Notes: generated by a model not told the origin, from the letters alone. Shown: positions 22,369-35,457, numbered from the whole stretch's first letter. The stretch is 63,022 nt of DNA, filler included, from Stramenopiles sp. TOSAG23-6 (GCA_900128565.1; 6 parts of 6 records of this genome joined end to end with filler, not necessarily neighbours in it), one strand, 5' to 3'. Translations and numbers: made by a program.

Positions 22369-25197
22369 ATGAAGGTCAAACCGATCAAAAATGGCGATAA
22401 ACTTTTCCGAATAGTTACTGATGAAACCCCTCCGTCAACTTCTAGAAACAACCACGAGGATGAGTCTCAACATTTCTTACAATATGTTACACATGCGCAG
22501 GGTAAAGGACCTCCGTGTGTGGAAAATACGACAGATTTCTTAATTCCTTCAAAAGTCAGTGACATTAATAAAAAAGGCAAAGTAGTTAACAAAGTAAAAT
22601 TGAAAAAGAAAAAAAAGCGTTACACAAAGCCTAAAGTAAAATCAAAAGTGAACAGTGAAACAAAACGACCTGCATTTTTTTCATTCTGCACAGAAGCAGC
22701 AGCTGAAGCAAGGAGAACGATTGCAGAGGCAAAGGAAAGTAAGCGATCAATAAAAGATCGACCAAAAGTTAAGAAAAAGTTTCTTACAGTAAAGAATCGA
22801 CACCACTTGAAAAGGAATAGTAGATTAAATAGTAATAGTAGACCACTTTCACAATCGCCAATAAAAAAAAGGATGCATTTGAAATCTCTCAAGAGACGTG
22901 TATCACTTCGTAAGAAGGATAATATAAGTGAATCTGAAATGAATACTGAGACTGAAAATAGTAGATTAAATCGAAGTTCTGGCATGTCCAAGTCGAAAAT
23001 AAAATTGAAAATAAAATCGAAAATAAAATGTAATAATGACAATAGAGATATAAATCAAAGTAACACGGGAAATCATAGTTGTGATAAAAAGTCTTTAACA
23101 ATGAAGCATAAACCAGAAAGAAAAAGTATCGCTAGCCAAATGGGCAGCAACAATGCGTTTAACAAAGAGATTCGTCATCGGCGTAAAGAAGCTCGAATGA
23201 AACAGAGGCGTATTCTTGAAAAGAAAAGACTCGAAAAACAGGCTATTATAGAAGAAGAAAATGCACTTGATAAAGAACCAAGTTGTGAATCTTGTGGCAC
23301 AATGGCTACAAAACTTGGGGGTATATGTCCACCTCGGCCACCAAAACCACAAGGCATGAGCTCACGTTTCCAACGAGACAATCCCCATTTAGAGTGGAAA
23401 AAAGCTGGATCATTTGCAAAGAAAAAGTATCGCGCGGAATACGAAGAAGTAATGGCGGCATATAAACTTACGATAGAGAAATATAATGATGATCGCAGGG
23501 CGGATCCCGGGTGGGGAGTATTGAACTTGTGGGGTGAAAGACGTTTGTGCAAATATTGTATTCGGAAAAGTGTTAAATGTACTTCGTGTTTGGCAGCTCC
23601 TGGTACAATCAAAGATCCAGTAACTACTTTACTTATTTGTGTGGGATGCAATGAAGAACGTCGAGAGCTTGAAGAGGAGGCAAGACAAAAGAAATTAGAA
23701 GAAAAATTAAGTGCTATCAAAATGAAGCGAGAAGAGCAGAAGAAGAAAAGACAAGAGAAGAATCGGGAGCGAGCTCGACAAGAAATGTATAGAAGAACTC
23801 GTGTTCTAAAATCTCGCATTGCTGCGAAACTTCGCGATATTAAGGAAGCAAAATCTCGGGAATGGGATAAAATACGTGCCAGTGTCGATGATACCATTCG
23901 CCAAATGGAAAAACGATCCAAAGCTGCAAAAGTCCAGGCAAAGATTGATCGTAATTCTGGTGATCCTTTACGAGTTGGTATGATATGTAGATACCACAAC
24001 CGGGATTCGGCATTACGCTCAGGTGCACAACCTGCAAAAAATAGCGCAAAGAATAAAGCAATTGCAAAAGCTAAAAAGGCTGAAGCACGGCGGAAGGCTG
24101 ATATGGCGGGAAAACCTGGCTGGGGTCTATCATCATTTGTAAAGCGCAAAGCAAAAGAGCGCCAGAAGAAAAAAGATAGAGAAAGGAGGATTCTTGAAGG
24201 GCATATTATAAGTGAAGAAGACGACACCGAAGAAGAAGAAGAAGTTGTGAAAGTCGACCTAGAAAGTTCATCAGAAGAAGATTCACATGATTGGGAGTGG
24301 GTCAAGGTGAAAATTAAACGAATCCATATAGATGGTAAATCTGTAGATGTCGAGTACTCTGCCAAAACATACGCTGGTACTACTGAACCTATTACTGAAT
24401 TGAAAGTTTCTAGAAAACTTATCGAAATGCTTGATGGTACAGATACTTGGGGTATACCTATTGATGAAGATGCCAGAAATCTTAGTGGGTTGGTAAAACC
24501 AAAGCCAAAGGTTCCAAATATTACACGGAAAAATAATAAACAATATTGGGGTGAATTATTTGAAGATACCGAGAAACAGATTGTTCCTTGGGATAATAGA
24601 AATATTACTAAATTAGAGACCAAAAAAAATGCAAAACCTGCGATTGTGTGGGAACGCCTGACAGATTCCAGTAAATATACAGGGACTGCGAGAATGTATT
24701 CTGAAAGTCATAAAAAGAAAAAATTGGTAAATCAAAAGAACATTGATTTGGCCATAAACCCAAATCGCCTAGATTATGCCGGTTATGCCGCAAAACTTGA
24801 AGGTCAAGAACCACCAGAACAACTTACTGCAAAACAAAAACTTGTTCGAAAAGCAATCAAACGTAGGGAAATAGAAGCCAAAACTGAAAGTGAAAATGAA
24901 AGGTTAGTTCTTGCTGCTCGCAGACGACTTCGCGAATCTCACATTTGTGGGGATAAAGGATGGAAAGAGAGCGATAAGTTATATAATAGAATGTCTCTTG
25001 GTTGGGTTCATTTGATTAAACGTAGTCGAGGAGACGCAGTGACCAACAAAGAGAAAATAGCAAAACAGCTGTTGGCAGAGGCCAAGGCCAAAATGATCGA
25101 AGAATATGGAAATCTTACTGTGCAACACGAATTACCAAATCAAAAATTAGAATGGAAAGACTGGTATAGAAAAATAGGAGAAGATATTATTAAATAA
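22369..25197 (+). CDS. 942-aa basic coiled-coil protein with CxxC pairs and a partial p25alpha (TPPP/apicortin-type) motif
   Basis: Long ORF; VWERLTDSSKYTG matches the RLTDxxxYTG p25alpha motif. Confidence 0.75.
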   Translation: MKVKPIKNGDKLFRIVTDETPPSTSRNNHEDESQHFLQYVTHAQGKGPPCVENTTDFLIPSKVSDINKKGKVVNKVKLKKKKKRYTKPKVKSKVNSETKRPAFFSFCTEAAAEARRTIAEAKESKRSIKDRPKVKKKFLTVKNRHHLKRNSRLNSNSRPLSQSPIKKRMHLKSLKRRVSLRKKDNISESEMNTETENSRLNRSSGMSKSKIKLKIKSKIKCNNDNRDINQSNTGNHSCDKKSLTMKHKPERKSIASQMGSNNAFNKEIRHRRKEARMKQRRILEKKRLEKQAIIEEENALDKEPSCESCGTMATKLGGICPPRPPKPQGMSSRFQRDNPHLEWKKAGSFAKKKYRAEYEEVMAAYKLTIEKYNDDRRADPGWGVLNLWGERRLCKYCIRKSVKCTSCLAAPGTIKDPVTTLLICVGCNEERRELEEEARQKKLEEKLSAIKMKREEQKKKRQEKNRERARQEMYRRTRVLKSRIAAKLRDIKEAKSREWDKIRASVDDTIRQMEKRSKAAKVQAKIDRNSGDPLRVGMICRYHNRDSALRSGAQPAKNSAKNKAIAKAKKAEARRKADMAGKPGWGLSSFVKRKAKERQKKKDRERRILEGHIISEEDDTEEEEEVVKVDLESSSEEDSHDWEWVKVKIKRIHIDGKSVDVEYSAKTYAGTTEPITELKVSRKLIEMLDGTDTWGIPIDEDARNLSGLVKPKPKVPNITRKNNKQYWGELFEDTEKQIVPWDNRNITKLETKKNAKPAIVWERLTDSSKYTGTARMYSESHKKKKLVNQKNIDLAINPNRLDYAGYAAKLEGQEPPEQLTAKQKLVRKAIKRREIEAKTESENERLVLAARRRLRESHICGDKGWKESDKLYNRMSLGWVHLIKRSRGDAVTNKEKIAKQLLAEAKAKMIEEYGNLTVQHELPNQKLEWKDWYRKIGEDIIK

Positions 25198-25312
25198 ATT
25201 TAAGATCGAACATTAAGACTACATATTTGATTCCCAATGCATTTCTTTCTTAGTTGCTTGAAAATTAGAAAGTGTAATATGATAAAGTTTTTTATTGAAA
25301 TATAATCCTTCT

Positions 25313-28300
25313 TCATCTAAAAGAACTAAATGAAGATCCACCGAAAGCAGACGCTCCGCCACTTATAGCACCAAACCCACCTGTATTACCCCCACCACCA
25401 AAGGATCTCGAAGGAGAGGCACCAAATGCACTGGGAGCAGCACCAAACGGACTTGCTTGAGACTGTGTGCCAAATGCACTGGGAGCAGCACCAAACGGAC
25501 TTGTTTGAGACTGTGTGCCAAATGCACTACCACCTCCAAATGCACTTGGAGTCGCGGAAGAACCGAATGCACTTGGGGTCGCTGACGCACCAAATGCGCC
25601 AGCATTTGTATTTGTAGTACCAAAAGGTGATGCTGCTGGTGTAGTAGCACCAAATCCACTACTTTGTTGAGTATTACCAAAACTACCAAATCCACTTGCT
25701 ACCGGGGCTGCAGTTGTGCTACCTAAAGCTGATTGAAGAGCTTGTAATGATGGTCCCGCTTGAGGAAATGATGAGTACTTTTTGACAAGATTTGCGACTA
25801 ACTTTGCCTCTTGTCCTCTATATTTTTGAAGAATTCCATCAACCTTACCAACATTTGCTGGTTGAGCTTGCTGATAAAATGTCACTAGAGCTTGGCGGAA
25901 CTGAGGATTTGAGCCACCTATTGCGTGGGCACCAAAACCACCAGAAGCGGCACCAAATGGCGAGGCAGTAGATCCAAAAGCACCTGATTGCGTAGAAGCG
26001 CCAAACCCAGAAATAGCTGCAGAAGACCCAAAGGCACTAGGCGTGGAGCCAAACGCAGATGGAGTAGGCGTGGAGCCAAAAGCAGGCGCAGTAGGCGTGG
26101 AACCAAAAGCGGATGGAGTAGCACCAAATGGACTCGCCTGGGGTTGATTTGCACCAAATGCACCTACTCCAGAATTGGTACCAAATGCAGATGGAGCTGC
26201 GGCAGCAGGTGTTCCAAAAGGTGATGCTGTTGATGTAGCACCAAATCCACTACTTTGTTGAGTATTACCAAAACTACCAAATCCACTTGCTACCGGGGCT
26301 GCAGTTGTGCTACCTAAAGCTGATTGAAGAGCTTGTAATGATGGTCCCGCTTGAGGAAATGATGAGTACTTTTTAACGAGATTTGCAACTAACTTTGCCT
26401 CCTGTCCTCTATATTTTTGAAGAATTCCATCAACCTTACCAACATTCGCTGGTTGAGCTTGCTGATAAAATGTCATTAGAGCTTGTCGGAACTGAGGATT
26501 TGCACCACCTGATGCACCACCTGATGCACCAAATGATGATGTACTGGTACCAAATCCCCCTGATGTAGCTGCAGCAGTATTAAATGTCGAAGAAACACCA
26601 AATGGGCTTGCTTTAGGTTGAGCACCAAATGCACTAGTACTCCCAAATGCAGATGGGGTTGCTGGAGTAGTTACATTACCAAAAGCAGATGGAGTCGTCG
26701 TACGAGCAGGTGTTCCAAAAGGTGATGCTGCTGGTGTAGCACCAAATCCACTACTTTGTTGAGTATTACCAAAACTACCAAATCCACTTGCTACCGGGGC
26801 TGCAGTTGTGCTACCTAAAGCTGATTGAAGAGCTTGTAATGATGGTCCCGCTTGAGGAAATGATGAGTACTTTTTAACGAGATTTGCAACTAACTTTGCC
26901 TCCTGTCCTCTATATTTTTGAAGAATTCCATCAACCTTACCAACATTCGCCGGTTGAGCTTGCTGATAAAATGTCATTAGAGCTTGGCGGAACTGGGGAT
27001 TTGCGCCACCTGGTGCAACTGGTGTAGTTCCAAATGCAGAAGGAGTCGCTGGTGCAGGTGTAGTTCCAAATGCAGAAGGTGTCGCTGGTGCAGGTGTAGT
27101 TCCAAATGCAGAGGGTGTCGCTGGTGCAGGTTTAGTTCCAAATGCAGAGGGTGTCGCTGGTGCAGGTGTAGTTCCAAATGCAGAAGGTGTCGCTGGTGCA
27201 GGTGTAGTTCCAAATGCAGAGGGTGTCGCTGGTGCAGGTTTAGTTCCAAATGCAGAGGGTGTCGCTGGTGCAGGTGTAGTTCCAAATGCAGAAGGTGTCG
27301 CTGGTGCAGGTGTAGTTCCAAATGCAGAGGGTGTCGCTGGTGCAGGTTTAGTTCCAAATGCAGAGGGTGTCGCTGGTGCAGGAGTAGTTCCAAATGCAGA
27401 AGACGCTACAAGAGTATTTTTAGATTCAGTTGCGGAAGCAAAGCTCACAGGAGTAGATCCGAATAAACTGCTTGAGGATTTAGTTTTTTTAGCACCAATA
27501 ATATTTTGCGGCTTCAGCGTATTTTCCAGAATTTGCAACGACTCTATTGCTTTTACATTATCTTTATATTTCTTCTTCAACCTCGTCACAAGTCCAGCTT
27601 CTTGGCCTTTGTATTTGACTAGAATGCCAGGCACTTTAGCTACCTTATCAGGAGCTGTTATACGATAAAAATCTTCTAAAGCAGATTGCGTTGTTTTCGC
27701 TTCTGTAATTGCTGGCCCGGAAGAACTTTTCAATGGTAAAATATCACTTTTTTTATCATCTTTTGAAGAATTTTCAGTATCTTTACCCAAGTTAAAACCA
27801 AAACCAACTGTCTTCTTATCAACCTCTGAGGTATTTTCAATATCTTTACCTAGATTAAAACCAACTGTCTTTTTATCACCCCCAGTTGAAGTTTTCTCAA
27901 CTTTGTTAAAAGAGAAAGAAGCAGTAGGAACTTCCTTCTTATTTTCCGATTTTAACGTAGCTTTGTTATCATTACTATTACTATTACTACTAAAATCGCC
28001 ACCAAATGAAAATGCATTTGTCTTTTTGTCATCTTCTTTAGGTTTTACATCAACTGTCTTTGTATTAGTGCTAGAAGCACCACTAAATGAAAATGTATTT
28101 GTATTTTTATCATCTTCTTTAGGTTTCACATCAACTGTCTTTGTACTAGTACTAAAATCGCCACCAAATGAAAATGCATTTGTCTTTTTATCATCTTCTT
28201 TAGGTTTCACATCAACTGTCTTTGTATTAGTGCTAAAATCGCCACCAAATGAAAATGCATTTGTCTTTTTATCATCTTCTTTAGGCTTCACATCAACTGT

Positions 28301-31300
28301 ATTTGTACTAGTGCTCGAAGCACCACTAAATGAAAATGTATTCGTCTTTTTATCATTTTTTTCCAGGTAATCTTTCTTCGTATTCACAACATCATTACCA
28401 CTCATACTACTCGACGCACCTTCTAATGCAAATGCATTCATCTCACTAACTGTGGACTTATCTACTGATTTAAAGTTTTTCACAAATACAGGCGAGTTTC
28501 TTTTACCTGGTGACTCAGGGCTCAAACTTGTCATTTCAGCAGATTTGTTGCCAATGTTTCCAGATTTAGTTGGTGAAATGTTTTGAATCTCTTGAAGCCT
28601 ATCTTTGATTCGTTCCATGTGTTGCTGACTACGATTATACAATTCCAATCCTTCTTTACGCAATTTATTGGTTACACTGACACTATTCACCGATTTCGGT
28701 TTTATTTTTCTACCACCAGAATGACTACCATTAATAGCATTCCCGATTTGTAATAAATGATCGAGGAGATTTTTACTTACAGTTGGATTCGTATAATGTA
28801 ACTGGCGTATTTTAGTGATAGATACCGCTTTGGGTTTACCCGCGTTTACTGGTACTAGCCATTTATTGCCTCTATTGATTACATTTGACGAAGAAAGTTG
28901 TTTACTTGGAAAATAACCAACGTTTGTATTGCTAACTTTCGGACTAATAATATCATTAATATGCATTTTCAATTCCTGTGCATGATTGTAATGTTTTCGT
29001 ACAATTTCCATGACATGCGACGAAGTTTGTATATTCATAAATGAAGTGTGTCTTTTACTCCGAGTATTGCACGATTCCTGTCTTTGTTTTTCTAGTAATT
29101 TTGTACGTTTTGATACTTCTGACAGTCTTGAAAACACAAGTTTCTTCAAATCAAATAGTTTAGTTTTCATCGCTGCAAGATCTTCAGGAAGGGGTTGACG
29201 ATCAAGAAGTTCTGATAAATCCTTTTTCTGAGACAATATAATTAAACTGTGCGCCTCTTCAACACGGCGATCCACATTGATCATTTCTTGTTCGGTTTCT
29301 TTAACTTGCAACAAAGAAGCCGAAATACTAGATACAGCATCCTTGCAATTACGACGAGTCTTTTCTGTATTCACACTGAGTTCAGAAATAGAGTCAGCGA
29401 GAGAGTTCAATACATTATCGGTTATAGTTGGAACTTCTCTGAGTTTTTTTAACGTTAAATTTTCAAACATATCATTCGTTCGATCAAGAATTTCTTGTGC
29501 TTTGTCAACGGGTCCATCTTTTCGCTTTGTAAAATTTGAAGAAATATTATCAAATTTTGTCTCCCCTTTCAGCTTGTGTGTTTTAATTGTCGGTTCTACA
29601 CCAAATTTGGTACTTCTAAAATCACCACCAAATGAAACTGCATTTTTCTTTTTATCTTCTTCTTTAGGTTTCACATCAACTGTCTTTGTACTAGTGCTAG
29701 AAGCACCACTAAATGAAAATGTATTTGTCTCATCAACTGGAGCATTTCCGACTAAAGGTTGATCATTTACAGTAGTTTCTGTTTTGATTAGAGTCCCCCC
29801 CTCAGATTTTTCGTATTGTTTGGGTTCTATTAGAGTCTTCACAAGTTGTCGTCTGAGATCTTGCAACGTAAATAAACACAATTCTGCATCAGACGTCGCT
29901 ACTGCAACAACAGGACATGGCGGCAATGGCTTTTCAGCAGGGTTATCATCAGGTATTGGAGTATTTGATGTCAAAAGTAGGGAAATGCCCATACAAAATC
30001 CAGGGAATTCACCCTCATACCCATCACCTACCTTCATACAAATCCAAGACCCACTGCTATCATCAAAACCAACGACTTCTACTTCGGAGCTTTGATTGTG
30101 GCCTACTAAAATCATTCTCCACTCAGGAAAGAATGCCACATGAAATTTCGGCGAACCAGTCTCAGCATCAGTGTCAGGCACACAAATATGACCGAGTGAT
30201 TCGCACGAGTAACCACTAAATGACACAGACTTGTCACCCAATGTCCACATTGTTAAAACATGAGTCGTATCACCGTCTTCATCTTCGTACCCATAACCTA
30301 CTAACAAACTTTTAGTTTCAACCCATTTTACAAAAAATGCACGAAAAGTTGTTTTTTCTTCAACTTCTAGTAAGGCACATATTTTTTTAGGAAAAGATAT
30401 GGTTGTAATATTATCTACACGATTGTCCATTACTTGAAGAATTTCAATCATACCATTTTTCATACCTAAAGAAATACAATCTCCCTCCGGATTCCACGAT
30501 GCAGACATGTATTTTGGAAAAATATTTCAAGAAAAAAAAACTAAAATTTGTTAGGTACAAAATTTCGTCCAAAAAAAAATTTCGAATTTGAAAAAAAATA
30601 AAACATACATATACGGTGATTCCGATGAACGGCGAGCTACAACCGAACAATCTACATTTGCAATCGCTAATGTACCAGAAGATGATAAAGATAATAACTG
30701 AGACTTTGACCATTCTATCTGCTCAACTGCGACAGATTCACTTTCACTACATTGAAATGATCCAATTTCTTCTTCAGTGGACAACAAATTTGACATATTG
30801 AAGAGTGAAATTTTGCCATCAATGTTTGCACATGCGAGAGTGTTCGAATCTTTAGAAAGTGAAACTGCATCCATATTTTTTCCCAGCGAGTAGGGGTGAG
30901 CTAACATTGGAACTTTACCCGGATCTTTTATAGCATCTCGAGCAGCTTTTTCAATTTTACGACTGGAGCATCTCAGAAAGCCACCAGATTTGGCAGCAAT
31001 AACAACAGTTCCATATGTATCACTCACAGTGAGAGCATTACGTCCAACGCTATTTAATCCAGATGCACCGAAATTTAAACCACGATCAGAATCATCTTTA
31101 GAAAATTTCTTTAGTCGGAGCTCTTCTACTTGTATTTCATCAGACTCCGTAACCTTCACGACGATATCACTACTATTGCACTTTTCTTTATTTACACCGG
31201 ACTTTTTATTCTTCGCATCTACAACTTCTACTTGTTTGGTCTCTGTTGGAGTATTTACATTGGTATCATTTATCTTGTTTAGTAGTGTGTCTGTTTCACT

Positions 31301-31505
31301 ATCCTTCGTAGATGCTTTACTATTGTCATCGTCATTTCCAACAGAAAACGTTTTCGTTGACTTATTTATATTAAATGTATTACTAGACAAAGATGATAAT
31401 CCGAAGGCTGAAGCAGCACCACCAGTTTTTGCACCAAATGCACCAAAAGTACTTTTCTCAGTTGCTGGTTTACTATCAAATGGACTACTACCAAAAGCAC
31501 TTTTC
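25313..31505 (-). CDS. FG-repeat nucleoporin, Nup214/Nup159-like, 5'-truncated; exons 31505-30609, 30506-25313
   Basis: WD40-like propeller, coiled coil and abundant SAFG/FSFG repeats; four helical FYxxxxP..KYxGQE repeats. Confidence 0.8.
27020..27410 (-). repeat. 36-bp coding tandem repeat (AFGTTPAPATPS, about 10 units)
   Basis: Visible directly in DNA and protein. Confidence 0.9.
30507..30608 (-). other. Non-canonical GT-AT intron
   Basis: AT|GTATGT..GTACCTAAC..CCAAAATACAT|G. Contains an in-frame stop; joins two same-frame ORFs (SPY-M-SASWNP). Confidence 0.87.
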
Positions 31506-31605
31506 NNNNNNNNNNNNNNNNNNNNNNNNNNNNNNNNNNNNNNNNNNNNTTAATTAATTAANNNNNNNNNNNNNNNNNNNNNNNNNNNNNNNNNNNNNNN
31601 NNNNN
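31506..31605. other. Artificial contig linker
   Basis: N run with TTAATTAATTAA. Confidence 0.98.
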
Positions 31606-31655
31606 GAAATTTTGTACCTAACGAATTTTTTTTGAAATATTTTTCCAAAATACAT

Positions 31656-34600
31656 GTATGGTTGCATCAATACTCCTTGCAGCACTATACAAACTCAGTA
31701 GTAAAGAATCTATGGATAGGGTCATGTTATATAGGCATTCTCGTGAAGATACTCGAGGTGAAAATATGTCTCATATTCAAAAAATGAATGTACACGAAAT
31801 AGTTTCTAATTTAAGAAAGCAAGGATGGAATTTTATAAAGCATGTAAAAACTCCCGTAGATGAATTTGATACAACAATTCCTACGAAACAACTCTTAATC
31901 AATTCTAAAAGAACATGGGAAGCTACGTATTTGAGAGTGATGACCAGTTTGCGAAAGGTTATCGTTGAAAATGGAGGATTCCAGGCCCTCACCAAGTTAC
32001 GTCGTTGTATTGAGAAATTTGGATACAACACAGAGATACAAGCAAATGATGTGGCATTACTTATAAGAGAGTGTAATTTTAATATATCTTTATCTTACGT
32101 AGAGGCCAATGCTGTTATTCAGGGATTAGCTAGCAAGTACGAAAAAAAACCAAATGCTATAGACTTACATAATACTATACAAGGGCTTGATATTCCAGGT
32201 GAAAAAGTCAGGGAAACTATTAAGATGGCGTTTGCGATGATTGGAACTGTTGGAGGAGACGAAGAACACAGAGGGTCTGATGGTCTAATTGTGGCTAATC
32301 AAATGGGGGGCGATGGCAGGGAAACCGTTACACTCACTGCAATTCAGAAGGCATTTAATAGCGACTATGATCATTTAGGTAAAGCTTTTAATTTGCCGCC
32401 AATCTTGCGAAATAGTTCTCAGAGTGTGGAGGAAACAAATTACGATTCTGCCGAAGCAAGATGCAAAGAAGAATGTGTCAGAGAAATATCAGAAGTATTT
32501 CGCGAAGCTGCGGGTGGAGGTAGTGATCCCAAAATTACTATTGGGGAGTTTGAAGACTATCATGCGGCTCTTTTGTATAGACATCATTTGTTGAAAGAAA
32601 TACATTTTCAAGAGGCATTAACTTCAACAAGAATGTCAAACACTCAAGTGGCACAGTGGCACAAAGTTTCAGCGATGAGGCGTGGAAAGGTCAAAGATCG
32701 TTTTGCCTCTGCTTTTAGGGCTTTGCTGTGGAATATTTGGCATTTAGAAAAAGCTCCATTTGTACCAGTATCCTCAAACACAGACAATATTCAGGCTCAA
32801 ACACTCTCTATGCAACCTAAATCTGTGGAGGAAGTTGTATCAAAATTGAAAGATATTCTCCATCTTGGTTTACATAAAGGCAGAGAAAAAAATGATGGGG
32901 TTAGGGGAATGCATGAATTTCGTCGTATATTGAAAACAGCAAGTGAATATACTGGTATGATATCATGTGACATGTTTGAAAGAATAATGGGTAGATTTTT
33001 AGTGCAACACCCAAAAGACTTGAGTTGCCCCCCACTGACATTTGCTGACATCCGGACACTACAAAAATATTATCAAAAATTACCTGGACCAAACAAAGTT
33101 GTTGTAGACACCGATCGTTTGTATTTGGATGTCATCGGTAACTACGACAAACTTCGTCGTCGTCTAGCAGAAAAAGCATTTTCTCATATAGATATTGGTA
33201 ACAATGGATCGGTGCCTCTTATAGAAATATTACAACTTTACAAAGCTGATAAGCATCCTGATGTATTGGCTGGGCGTCGAAGTATTAATGAAGTAGAAGA
33301 AGAATTGAAAACTTGCTTAATTGGAAAAAATGGATTGATTCAAATTAATGATTTTGAAGAATATTTCATGAAGGTATCAAGTGTTTCAGATGACGACAAA
33401 TACTATAATATGATTATATATAACTGTTTCAGACTTTTTGAATTACAACGATCTCGAAAACGCAGGTACGAGCAAAAAGAAACCTCACACAATACTGGAG
33501 GATATCGCAATTCATCATCAATAACTTGGGTACCACACAAAAATAAATCTTTTCTGTCTACTTTGACACTTGGTCATGGTATCGAAGACAAAACTTTAGA
33601 TCCAAAGTTTATAAACAAAAAAGTAGACCAAAAGTGCACTAGCGTTAATAATAAGTTACAAAATGAATCCGAAAAATTCAATGAATTCAATGCACTAATA
33701 AAACGCTTCCGATGTCTATGTATGTTTTATTTTTTTCAAATTCGAATTTTTTTTCGTACGAAATTTGGTACCTAACGATTTTTTTTTGAAATATTTTTCC
33801 AAAATACATTAGTTGAACGAGGAGTTTATGGTTACTTTAATTTACGCAATGCATTACACGCCGCAAGCTGTGAGAATCAGGGAATGCATTTTGTGACGTT
33901 TTCGAATATTTTACGAAATATTGGATTTGCAATTTCTGAAAATGAAATAAAGATTGTCTTTGATATGTTACATGACTCGAATGTACCGAAAGATATGATA
34001 GACGCCGATAAGTTTCTTAAAGTAATACGTGAAGGAATGATTGCTGCAAGAAGAAGAATAGTAAAGAAAGTATTCGAAAGTGTTTCTCAAAGAAAGTTGA
34101 AAAACAATGGTGGAAAGGTTTCTGATAGAGTTCCAGTGAAATGTTTTCATGAGATATATAATGCAGAAAATCACCCAGACGTTCTTTCGGGGACAAAGAA
34201 AGCGAAAGATATTTTGGATGAATTTAAGAACACCTTTCCATTGAATGGTACTATATCTTACAGTGATTTTGAATCGTATTATGAGGCTATTTCTCTTACA
34301 GTACCGGAAGTTAAACCTTCAGACAATAATATGATGATGATGATGTGGAAAGTTTGGGACTTGAATAAGACAAGAATTGTCAACAAAAAACACAAAGATG
34401 CAAAAATAAATTTTGGAAAAACTTCTATGTTTTCCGATAAGTATTCACACACATATAAATATCACACTGATTCGAATCATGTATCCAATATTCAAAAGCT
34501 GTCATCAGATGACCATGCAACAATAGGTGGAGGCAATACGCATAATGAAACTGCACATTTCAGAAATGAAGAGCAAAAAATGTCTAATCATTACCGCGAT

Positions 34601-35457
34601 GTTCGCTTACATAAAGCAAAGACTGGAATCCATAAAGGATTTGCATGTCCCACTACGTATAAGTATGTATGTTTTAATTTTTGAAAATTCGAATTTTGTT
34701 TTCGTACGAAATTTTGTACCTAACAATTTTTTTAGATTTTTTTTTGAAATATTTTTCCAAAATACATGCTGCTGGTACAAGACCACGGATTGTAGGGAAA
34801 GGACCGCGTGTTGGAGAACATGAATATCGTACAGGAAACCAATCAGTTAAAATAGAAAAACACAGTCTTCTTCAACGAATTCGAAGAGTTTTATGGCAAA
34901 TCAATGCACCAGGCACTTTGCATTTGAGAGCGGAGATGGAAAATCGCGATATGAAAATGCAAAAATGGCTTGAAAAAACGGAATTTATTGCAGCTCTTCG
35001 TGGAGTTCACTTAAACCTATCAGATACTGAAAATAAAGCGTTATATGGTTGGTACGCGAAAGATTTGCCAAGTAGAAAGTACTATACAAAAATCCAACAA
35101 AAACCAAATCTTCATAATGTTTTTATGTACGAAGAATTTTTAAGCGATTTGAATGGGAAGCTTTCAAAGCAGCGTAGGGACATCCTGGAGGATTCTTGGC
35201 AAAAAATAGACAAATATAAAAAAGGATACTTAACTCTTGACGATATTCAGCTTTCTTATCATCCCGTGTATGGCCATTTAAAGAAAGAGGAAACGGCAAA
35301 ATCGCTACCCAATAGACAAATAAATGAATTCAAAAGATATGGTAAAACAATTACCTTTGATGAGTTTTGTGATTTTTATTTGCATAAATGTGCCTGTCTG
35401 GAGGATACCCAGTACTTTCAGATGCTTGTCTGCAATGATTGGGGTATACAAAAATAA
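31656..35457 (+). CDS. Multi-repeat calcyphosin-like EF-hand protein, 5'-truncated; exons 31656-33719, 33810-34666, 34768-35457
   Basis: AFSHIDIGNNGSV, YKADKHPDVLAG, YNAENHPDVLSG, ITFDEFCDFY..DTQYFQMLVCNDW. Confidence 0.8.
33720..33809 (+). other. Non-canonical GT-AT intron
   Basis: AT|GTATGT..GTACGAAATTTGGTACCTAAC..CCAAAATACAT|TA; removes an in-frame stop. Confidence 0.87.
34667..34767 (+). other. Non-canonical GT-AT intron
   Basis: TAT|GTATGT..GTACGAAATTTTGTACCTAAC..CCAAAATACAT|GCT; joins two frames. Confidence 0.85.

Noticed and set aside
23175-24623. 482-aa antisense ORF and the many short F/K/I-rich ORFs
   Set aside because: Shadows of real genes or read-through of intron poly-T/A. 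The recurring pseudo-peptides YEILYLT, TKFCT and VRNFVPN are translations of the intron core.
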